From IMG/VR virus record IMGVR_UViG_3300031951_000001, positions 258,373-322,372 of that record: a stretch of DNA of 64,000 nucleotides; one strand, written 5' to 3'. Below the pieces are notes generated by a model, which had not been told where the DNA came from, searched no databases, and saw nothing but the letters and a program-made list of their open reading frames with translations. Shown here one piece after another: positions 22,601 through 33,000 of this stretch (the first letter of the stretch is position 1; every line of letters starts with the position of its first letter). The translations under genes were made by a program, and so were the position numbers.

Positions 22601-24054
22601 CTTCAACAATATTCTGTGTTGACTGTGTTGAATCAGGTTACACATATGTATTCAGTTGTGCTCCAACACCTTCTATCACTAAAACGCCAAGTGTTACCCC
22701 AACGATAACCTACACACCGACAGTCACCCCAACCAATACAAGTACCCCAACAAAAACACCTACCCCAACTCAAACTAATACTGTAACTGTAACAATAACT
22801 AAAACTTCGACACCTACAAACACAACAACTGTTACTAACACTACAACACAGACACCAACACCAACTGAAACACCGACCGCAACGGTGACTAGTACACAAA
22901 CACCAACTGTAACAGTTACTAGTACTTCTACACAAACACCAACGAATACTCAAACACCTACTACTACACAAACACCAACCCCATCAATTACTGAATATAA
23001 GCCATCATTCAGACACTTTAGTGCATGTTGTTCTCCACATATAGTATTCAGAGTTTATGAGATACCTGGATTGACAGCCACAACCATTGTTGAAGGTAAT
23101 ATTTACTATATTGAGACAGGTGTGTTCAGTGGTTGTGCAACAAGTATTGCCGAAGTATTTACACCAAATAATTATTTGTTTGTTGGTGTGACGGCCCAAA
23201 CTGATTGTGATGAATGTACGTTCTCAAATCCATGTCCGACACCAACCCCTACGCAAACCCCTACACAAACAGAAACTCCAACACAAACCCCAACACCGAC
23301 ACAAACTCAAACATCTAGCCCTACTAACACCCCAACTTTAACACCTACCCCAACTAAAACTCCGGCGCCAACTTGTGATTTGATTGTTACTTTGGTGAAT
23401 ACCGAATCAATTAGTTCAAATACTGAAATTAATATTTGGTATGATGATTCAGGCTCTATGGGGTCTACACGAGCTCCTTTGGAGCAAATGATTGCACCTG
23501 GTGGAATACTTGAAACTTGTTTGATAGGTGTTTATAACAATGATATTACGTTATATAATGAGAGAGTTCAATTCTTCACAATGCAAACTGGCCCATTAGG
23601 TAATGTAAATGAAAGATTTGTTGCGTGTTTAGCAACTTCGAGAAATGCTGGAAGAGCAGTTGATACTAGCGTTGATTTAGTAATCAATTTGGTTTTCCAA
23701 GACGAGAGTGGTGGAGCGTATGTTACAGGTGGAACTTTTACGCCTACAACTGTATTAGACCCGGATTATGGGACTGACGTTACAACTTTGAGAAACCTCT
23801 TATCTTCAATTGATTATGGATTAAGAGGTGTTGTATTTGCGGTAATAAATGAGGGACAACCTACCTTCCAAGACTTGGTACAAACAACTTTTGTAAATGC
23901 GGGAATATATTCACCACCTAACAACTTAAGTGATTATTACTTGACCAATTTAAACTACCAATTAGGTATAAACGATGGAGATACTTCGACTTATTATTAT
24001 AATTTGATAATCTCCACACTTAATTCTTTGGGTATCGTAACACCGGGATGTTGA
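19609..24054 (+). CDS. Mucin-like Thr-Pro repeat protein with Cys-rich modules and a C-terminal vWA-like domain
   Basis: 1481 aa; long TPT tracts; MIDAS-like '[10 protein letters not shown]' and 'LVFQDE' near the C-terminus. Confidence 0.7.
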   Translation: MDTISLFNISGVNPPFIIYICDIYGDNCVEVAIVNNFVPPIITLNVPIVFQDSAAVGVKIITADGCERLETVLCSIITTPTPTISITPTITPTITPTITETPTITPTISITPTITPTVTETLTQTPTNTQTPTITNTETPTNTVTPTLTPTPTNNGCFCYFVDITQLDINRASGNTETTANGVVNLVYYDCSEGIITSAITGSGIYYICNNPSETIDGFSIPVLLNYSQNNFSYSNVFTPLSFSSTFFTDYSTCSQSGDCVLPSSTPTPTPTPTVTNNGCFCYFVNISAIDLANAINNTNPSFDGVVNILYIDCKGVLQRLTISSPGITVICNNVQSSINSFGIDVYITYSNNDESYNNRNDIIQSFYTTDNTNCTEASSCVPPTPTSTKTPTATPTGTATITPTNTLTQTQTPTTTSTSTQTPTATPSPFPSRTPSNSPTPTVTPTVTPSLTVSGFPTETPTSTQTPTVTPTVTQTPTNTLTSTPTVTETPTNTVTQTLSPTSTVTSTSTQTQTQTPTETVTNTPTVTQTQTQTVTITESPTNTPTITESPTNTPTITSTPTETSTPTSTNTNTPTSTSTLTVTPTTTQTVASTNTPTQTPTATVTETQTPTPTNTNTSTPTNTNTSTPTNTVTVTETKTPTPTKTPINCNCIEFFAAAGGAVISYNKCDGTSVTNLFVPGGSTVKDCIINEEYTITSGVIVTNFGSCIDNSCPTPTPTPTTTETPTNTVTPTPTTTETPTSTETPTNTVTPTPTITVTPTKTEFKPLNLWFSGCCQPGQIIQLYEVPGEIGQTIIEGDVYYIESPQFKGCATNIAQTLTDLQYLYLNITNQFTCQDCIDSNPCPTSTPTPTPTETPTQTPTQTPTTTQTPTETNTPTVTQTQTSTITSTPTNTVTNTQTQTVTQTVTVTETITSTPTQTNTTTNTPTQTSTVTNTSTPTSTETSTPTPTNTTTSTPTTTETPTPTPTPTTTQTPTITSTSTQTPTVTPTNTITVTPSTIFCVDCVESGYTYVFSCAPTPSITKTPSVTPTITYTPTVTPTNTSTPTKTPTPTQTNTVTVTITKTSTPTNTTTVTNTTTQTPTPTETPTATVTSTQTPTVTVTSTSTQTPTNTQTPTTTQTPTPSITEYKPSFRHFSACCSPHIVFRVYEIPGLTATTIVEGNIYYIETGVFSGCATSIAEVFTPNNYLFVGVTAQTDCDECTFSNPCPTPTPTQTPTQTETPTQTPTPTQTQTSSPTNTPTLTPTPTKTPAPTCDLIVTLVNTESISSNTEINIWYDDSGSMGSTRAPLEQMIAPGGILETCLIGVYNNDITLYNERVQFFTMQTGPLGNVNERFVACLATSRNAGRAVDTSVDLVINLVFQDESGGAYVTGGTFTPTTVLDPDYGTDVTTLRNLLSSIDYGLRGVVFAVINEGQPTFQDLVQTTFVNAGIYSPPNNLSDYYLTNLNYQLGINDGDTSTYYYNLIISTLNSLGIVTPGC

Positions 24055-24067
24055 TATATATAAAGGG

Positions 24068-27000
24068 ATGCCAACAGCACTAATACAATCGGTAAATTAT
24101 GCGGGACAATATGGGGATATAACATTCAATCCCCAAACCGGCGGCACCGTATCTGTAGGTGTGCAACTTTTACCATTTAATTATGTTGCCGATTATGTAT
24201 ATGGGGTTTACGTAGTTTGTTTTTCAGCCTTTAGTGTTTGCTGTGAATTCAATTTACTTGCACCTACACCGACCCCTACCGCAACAATAACTAAAACGCC
24301 TACCATAACTCCAACTGAAACTGTAACTCCCACAAAAACACCAACTCCGACAATAACCCCCACAATGACCATGACTCCAACCCCATCAACAATATTCTGT
24401 GTTGATTGTGTTGAGTCAGGTTATACGTATGTCTTCAGTTGTGCCCCAACTCCATCTATAACAAGAACGCCAAGTGTTACACCAACAATTACTTATACAC
24501 CTACTCAAACATCAACTAAAACTCCTACTCAAACACCAACGACGACTCAAACACCAACAATTACCAAGACATCAACTCAAACACCAACAATTACCAAGAC
24601 ATCAACCCCAACTAGAACGCTTACTCCAACAGGAACTAATCCTCCATCTGTTCCCGAATGTGCGGTAATATTTAATTCATTACAAAATGTATTTTTCTAT
24701 GATGTTGACACGGACACTACTACACAACTTATAGTTCCTGACACAGTTGGTTCCGCGACAAATGATATTGCCCATACTTCAAGTAAGTTGTGGATGGCTA
24801 GTGCCAGTGAGATATACGAATGGGATATTACTTTGAGTCCGTTTACCGCGGTATTTAATCGTGTAATTACATTACCATCAGGCATAGGTCCTGGGTTGGG
24901 GGCAATTAATAACACAACCTTGATTGCGGTCCAAAGCGGGGGTAATCCAAAACAGGTTGTTTCGGTAAATATTACTACAAATACTGCGGTATTTACAACT
25001 CTATTCCCGATGTTGATAAACAGAGGTGTTGCGGGAGATATTATTTTAACAACAACAAATAAGGTTATTATTACGACTAACGCGACCGCGGCACCATTCG
25101 GACAATTCATAACACAATATAATTTCTTAAATGGTGACCCTGAAGTCGATATTCAATTGAATCCAACCATCACCCAGCCTTGGGGCATTTTTCAAGATAA
25201 TGGTGAAATTTATATCATGGATGGTAACGAAACTAATAATGTATTCCATATTGATAAAAATTATCCGTACACAATTACATTAACAGGTGATACAGGATAT
25301 TCGGTGTATGGGGCTTCTCAATTACCAAATTGTTTAGATGTAAACTTCATACCTCAAATAACACCAACACCAACCCAAACACCAACCCAAACTCCTACAA
25401 CGACCCAAACACCAACAGTAACTGTAACTGAAACAATTACTAATACCCCAACTAATACCCCAACCCCAACTAAGACACCCGTGTCCTGTGACTGTTTTGA
25501 AATAACCGCGGTTGGGAATAATGCGGTTATTGACTATTTTAAATGTGGTAGTGAAGGGGTTTCGGTAAGAAAATTAATAGAACCTGCAAGACCATTTAAA
25601 GTTTGTTTAGAAAATAGTGGAGTTACTACTCTTTCAGGGGTAACTCAAATTAGTAATTTTGGTCCTTGTATTGACGGAGAATGTGCTAGCCCAACCCCAA
25701 CTCCTACAGTCACCCAAACACCAACAAATACATTAACACCTACAATTACCCCAACAAATACATTAACACCTACAATTACCCCAACTGAAACCCAAACTCC
25801 CACAATTACCTCAACTAGTACTCAAACCCCAACTAGTACTCAAACTATAACTCCTACACTTACCCAAAGTCCAACACCAACAGTAACTCTTACTAATACC
25901 GTGACACCAACAATTACTGAAACACCAACAAGTACGGCAACACAAACACCAACAACTACCACAACCCAAACCCCAACAAGTACAGAAACACCAACCACAA
26001 CCCAAACTCCAACAAGTACACAAACACCTACCACAACCCAAACTCCAACCACAACCCAAACTCCAACAAATACAATGACTGTAACTCCGACTCCGGTTTG
26101 TATAGACGGATGTTCAGTTTTATATGTCGATAGTGAATCATTAATTTATTCTTATGACTATAATACAGAAACGTCTACAGTAATTTTTGACCCCAAGGCA
26201 ACAGTAAGAGATATTGCTAACACTAGCTCAAGGTTATTCATTACTATCGTAAATAGAATTCAAAGATACAGTTTTTCAACTTGCCCTGTGAGTGTTACAT
26301 TAATTGATGAAATAACTAGACTTTTCTTGGGTGATGGTTTATTTGCAATAAATGATACCACATTAATTATAACTAGTACACAAGCAATTGGTCAAGAAAA
26401 CGTACAAGAATTAAACTATATAACAAATACAGTAACCCCTAAATTCTCACTACCAACCGGTTATTCGGTAAGAGGTGATTTTATTCTAACAACCGGCGGA
26501 AAATTCATAGTTTCAATGTTCCAAGGATTGAGTAACTATATTTTACAATATGACTATTCAACTGGTGAACAAGAAGTTTTATTCCAAGTTTCTCAAATTA
26601 TTGCCGGATTCTTTGAATTTGGTGGAAATATCTATGCTGTGGATACTTCAGGTATTGTTTATCAAGCAATTTTAGATTCTCCATGGGGGTTAGTTTCTAC
26701 AACTTTAGACCCATTAACTTTTACAGGGGTTATTAAAGGTACATCCCAAGAGTTATCGTGTTTACCTACAAATTTTAACATAGTAACCCCAACCCCAACT
26801 CCTACCCAAACCCCAACTCCTACTGTCACCGTTACCGAAACACCTACTATGACGGTAACTGAAACTCCGACTCAAACGGAAACTCCGACTCAAACCCCAA
26901 CCAATACTGAAACACCTACACAAACTTCTACCCCAACACCAACACCTACTTTAGATTGTTTTTGTTACACATTTGTAAACACCAGTTTATTAGACAAACA

Positions 27001-30000
27001 AAATGTAAGTGGTAAAGATTGTAATAATATAAATTTTGAGTACTCATTACAAATTTCAGGTTCTGAAGGTGACACCGTAAGTTTATGTGCGTCATCAAGT
27101 TTAGTTTTAGACCCATTTATTGCGGTATTCAATAACGGAGTTTGCGAAGGATTTTGTGGCACCTCAACACCAACACCAACACCGACAGAGACTCCCACAC
27201 CAACCATTACTGACACTCCTACACAAACCCCAACAATTACCGAAACAAACACACAAACCCCAACTCAAACTCCAACAAACACTGTTACAGAAACATCCAC
27301 ATCAACACCGACCCCAACTCAAACTGAAACACCGACAAATACTGTAACCTCTACTCCAACAAATACAGTAACCTCTACCCCAACGATAACATCTACATCA
27401 ACTCAAACTCCAACGGTTACATCAACTCCAACTCCATCAATTACCGAGTACAAGCCAGCTATAAGAACATTTAGTGGATGTTGTTTCCCATTTGAAATTT
27501 TTAAACTTTATGAAATACCTGGATTAACCGCTAACACAATAACTGAAGGTACAGTTTACTACATTGAATCCGGTGTATTTAGCGGTTGTGCTACAAACAT
27601 TGCCGAAACATTCACACAAAATAATTATCTATTTGTTAATATTAGTGCCCAAACTAGTTGTAGCGGTTGTTCGGCATCCTACCCATGCCCGAGCTCAACC
27701 CCGACACCTACTGTAACATCAACACCAACAGTTACTCCAACGATTACCTCGACTCCAACGATTACCTCGACCCCAACTCAAACTGAAACCCCAACTCAAA
27801 CTGAAACCCCAACTCAGACACAAACTTCAACAGTAACATCAACACCTACAGAAAGCCCAACTTCGACACAAACTCAAACTCAGACACAAACTCAAACTGT
27901 AACACCAACAAAAACGTCAACCCCAACAAGAACACCTATTGAGTGTGTTTGTTATTCTATAACCAATATAGGTGAATTTTTTGGTAGTTATAACGGAATT
28001 TTATGTAATGGTGGACCTTCAGGAGGAATACCAATAGGTCCTGGTGTAACATTTACCGCATGTTATGCTAAAGGGTCACTTCAAACTGTGGGAGGTACTT
28101 TAACATTTCTTGAGAATGGGTCTTGTGAGAACTCAATACTTTGTCCTACTAGAACTCCGACTCCTACAAGAACTGGTACCCCGACCCCGACTCCTACAAC
28201 TACTGAAACACCTACAAATACCGTAACGCCAACTACGACAACTACTGAAACACCGACTAGTACATCAACACAAACACCAAGTGTAACCAACACTATAACA
28301 TCAACACCTACTCAAACATTGTGTTGTACCTCATGGACACTATATGGAGGTTTAGGTCAATTACTCGATAATGGATTTGTTATTAAACCTCCTTTGAGGG
28401 TAGGGGATGATTTTGCATTGATACCTACAAATGTAGGCTCACCTGGTACTTTAGTTGGTCAAGTTTTGGAACTAATCAGTGTTAGCCCTCCACTATCGCC
28501 CCAATATTTTACAATTTTAACTGCTACGTTTAACCCTATAAATTCGGCCTACTTATTAACATTTACCCCTACTTTAACAATTAATTTGGGTAGTACCTTC
28601 CAGAGTATAATTTATAACATTTATCAGTCAGGAGGTACACAATTCAATGTTTACAATTGTGGAGGGTCTCTTACGACTTTGAATTTGAATAACAATGAAA
28701 TATTGGTCATTCCTTGTTCCTATGATGTTCAGGTTATATCAGGATTCGGGTATGCTGAGTCTGACCCATCATGTGTATGTGTCACTCAAACTCCAACACC
28801 AACATTGACACCTACTGTGACATCAACAATAACTCAAACCCCAACAAATACAGTAACCGTTACTCAATATACTTGTAATTGTTATTTTATAAATGTGCCA
28901 GACATTAGAGATGGAGTAAATTTAGTATTTTTAGATTGTTTGGGTAGTTTGATTTCAATAGCACCAAATAATTTTGGAAATTATTGTGTTAGAGAAATAA
29001 TTGATTATGGTTCAGGTACCGCCGAACTTGTAGGACTATGTATAGATGGAAATTGTCCAACACCAACGCCAACTCCAACTCAAACCGAAACCCCAACCCC
29101 AACTGAAACTCCAACCCAAACAATTACCCAAACTCCAACTGTTACTCAGACCTCGACACCAACTGTTACTCAGACCTCGACACCAACTGTTACTATCACG
29201 GAATCGGCTACACAAACTCAAACACCAACACCGACTGAAACTCCAACTAATACTTTAACACCGACTGTGACAATTACTGAATCTGTTACGCCAACAAGGA
29301 CATTAACACCAACCAAAACTCAGGCACCATGTTTATCTAGCTGTGATGTGTTGTTATTAGACAATGTCGGTAGAGTTTATATATACAATTCAGTCACTAA
29401 CTCTCCACTGTACTTAGGTATTGATGGTCCTGATGGTTCCTTCGATATTGCACATACAAATAACAAAATATGGTTAAATAGAGGAACTTCATTATATGAA
29501 TATGATATAATATTATGTCCGTTCTCGGCGACATTCAGCAGAGAAATTTCAGGTTCAACGGCATTTAGTGCTGGATTATTTGCAATAAATGACACTACTT
29601 TAATTGCTAATAATGGAGCGACCCCTTCTTCAATTTTAGAGATTGATGTTTCGACTAATCCTTACACAGTTACAACAAAATTCTCTTTATTACCAGGAAG
29701 AAGAGTTTCAGGTGATTATGTTCTAACAAATTCAGGTAAGTTAATTGTTAGTAATTTTTCGGGAACAAACCCAAATGCACCCACTGGTGTTTACATAACA
29801 CAATATAACTATATAACTTCGGCAACACCCCCTGTAGATAACAATGTTGATATATTAATATCCCCAACAATTGTATTCCCATATGGGTTATATCAATATG
29901 GAGGTGGTTTCTATATTCTGAGTGCGAATGGTACACAATATACTTTAGACCTAAATCCTCCGTACACACTTACCGCGGCACCTACAGTTCCTTTACCTCC

Positions 30001-33000
30001 AAATACAATCAACGCCGCATATTTTGGTGCATCCCAATCCAACGGATGTTTCGACAATAACATAGTACCTGTGTCACCAACACCAACCTCAACTCCAACC
30101 CCGACCCCTACCCCAACTGCAACAATAACACAAACCCCAACTATAACACAGACTTCAACACCTACACCAACAATAACTTCTACAGTAACACAGACTCCAA
30201 CCCAAACTCAAACACCAACTTCAACAATTACTGTTACACCAACTCAAACAAGTACGGTTACATCAACCCCAACTGTTACATCAACCCCGACACCAACCAT
30301 AACTGAATACAAGCCGGCAATTAGAACGTTTAGTGGATGTTGTTTCCCATTTGAAACCTTTAAGATTTTCGAAATACCTGGATTAACCGCAAATTCAATA
30401 ACTGAAGGCACGGTTTATTACATTGAGTCCGTAGGATTTAGTGGATGTGCGACAAACATTGCAGAGACATTCACTCAAAACAATTACCTATTTGTTAACT
30501 TGAGTGCTCAAACAAGTTGTAGTGGTTGCTCGACAAATTACCCATGTCCAAGCTCAACACCAACACCTACAGTTACATCGACTCCTACATTAACGCCAAC
30601 GCAAACCCAAACACCAACGCAAACCCAAACACCAACTGAGACATCCACTCAAACACCAACTGAGACATCCACTCAAACACCAACCCAAACTCAAACTTCA
30701 ACACAAACACCGACTAATACACAAACATCAACCAACACCCCTACCACAACAGTAACACCAACTTTGACACGTACTCCTGATACTTGTAATTGCTACACAT
30801 TCTTTAACATATCAACTTCACAAAGTTTGACTGTAGATTTTATTGATTGTACAGGCTTACAAAACCAAATTACAATAAATTACGGAAATAGTGCTCAAGT
30901 TTGTGTTAAAAATAATATTTTCTCGGGTACCCCATCAGGGGCTTTAGTATCATTCTTAAATGGTGATTGTACAAATGGATGTCCGACAACTACCATACAA
31001 GCTTGTAACCCATTTGTAGTGAATGGAACAAATAGAATTATTTATACTTATGACCCAATAACTAACACACAAATTCCATTACCTATTAATACCGAATCTG
31101 TTTCTATATACGATATTGCAACAAATGATAACTATTTATGGATATATGGTAATTTCGCAACATTAGGAAATGGTATAAAAGAATATTTTATAACAACATC
31201 CCCATTTACATCAAGTTTAAATAGATTTATATCGGGTTCTACACTATATCAATCCACAAGAAATGGTTTAGCGGTTTTAAATAACACCACATTAATAACG
31301 GCTTCAGGTACGGCTGGTAATGTGATAGTGAGTTTAAATATTTCATCAAATACTTGGGTTGCAACTCCGTTATTTACTTTACCAACAAATAGAGTCCTAA
31401 GGGGTGATTTAACTTATACAAACACAGGTAATATTATTGCGTTAACTTATAATAATGTTGCGGGTACCGGGTCTTTTTTAACACAGTTTGATTTATTTGG
31501 TAATCAGGAATTAGAATTCCAAATAGGTAATTCTGTTGAAGGATTTGGTTTGTTCATGTATAATTCACAAATATTTACGGTTGCCTCTTCATCGGCGTCT
31601 CCCGCTGTAGTTAGAAGAGATTTGAACTTCCCCTATACATCTTTAACAGTAAACAATATGACAATAACAAATGTTGGGTTTGCCCAACCGTTAAGTTGTT
31701 TAAATGTTAATTTCATAGGAGTTACCCGAACACCAACACAAACCCCAACACCTACCCCAACACCTACTACCACTAAAACTAATACGCCTACATCAACGCA
31801 AACCCAAACCCAAACTCCAACTAGAACCTCAACCCCAACAAACACCCAAACTCCTACTATTACAAGTACCTCCACAATTACTCCTACCGTTACAAGAACC
31901 GCCACAATTACTCCTACCGTTACAAGAACATCAACGATTACTCCTACCGTTACAAGAACATCAACAATTACTCCAACAATAACACAAACGGCAACCCAAA
32001 CGAATACCCCAACAGTAACACAAACGGCAACTGTTACACAAACTGCAACTCAAACTCCTACACCTACCGAAACTTCTAATCTGTTTGCTTGTACTTGTTA
32101 TAATTTCTTCAACACATCAAATAACCAACCCGGAACAGTTACTTATTATAATTGTGATGGGGTATTTAGTTCTGTAACGGTTAGTGCCACTTCATATGTT
32201 CAATTATGTGTTTCAGGTAATTCAACAAATCCATTATACACCGCAACGACCCAAATTACTGCTATAGATGAGTTAGGTGATTGTACAGTAAGTTGCCCAA
32301 CAATTAATTTGGATAGTTGTATTTCCTTTTTAGCTGGGGGGCCGGGTAACATCATTCAATCATATGATTTTCAAACTAATACCACAACTTTTTTACCCAT
32401 ACCAAATAGACCATGGTCAATGCTTGGAATTGCAAATACTTCAAATAAACTTTGGGTTCACGGTACTTATCTTGGTTTCACCAGTGGAGGTATAAGAGAA
32501 TGGGATATAACATTTTCACCGTTTAGTGCAACATATAATGGCAGAACTATAAACATACAAAGTAATACTATATTACCTAATAGTAATGCATGTGGTTTAG
32601 TTGCAATCGATAATTTTAATTTATTAAGTGTGTCAGGTGCTACTGCAGGGTCCCAAAGTGTGGTTAATGTTGATATTTCAGATACCATAACCAATAACGC
32701 GGTATTTACGAAACTTTTTGATTTACCAAGTAATAGAAGAATATTAACTGATTTAGTTTTTACTCAAACTGGTAAGATTATAATAATGACCCAAACAACT
32801 ACCCCTGTCAAAATATTTATTACTCAATATGATATACTTGGAAACATTGAGGTTGATGTTCCATTATTCACATCAGGAATAGATGCAAATAGTGGATGGT
32901 CTATTTTGATTAATTCTAATAATTTGTATATTGTAAGAGCTACTACTCCTGGAGAAATTTATCAGGTAAACTTAACTTCACCATATTCGGCAACCTTACT

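Noticed and set aside
22600-24490. Duplicated ~100 bp segment as a possible diversity-generating retroelement TR/VR pair
   Set aside because: Differences are mostly synonymous and not adenine-specific, both copies are coding, and no reverse transcriptase is in the window
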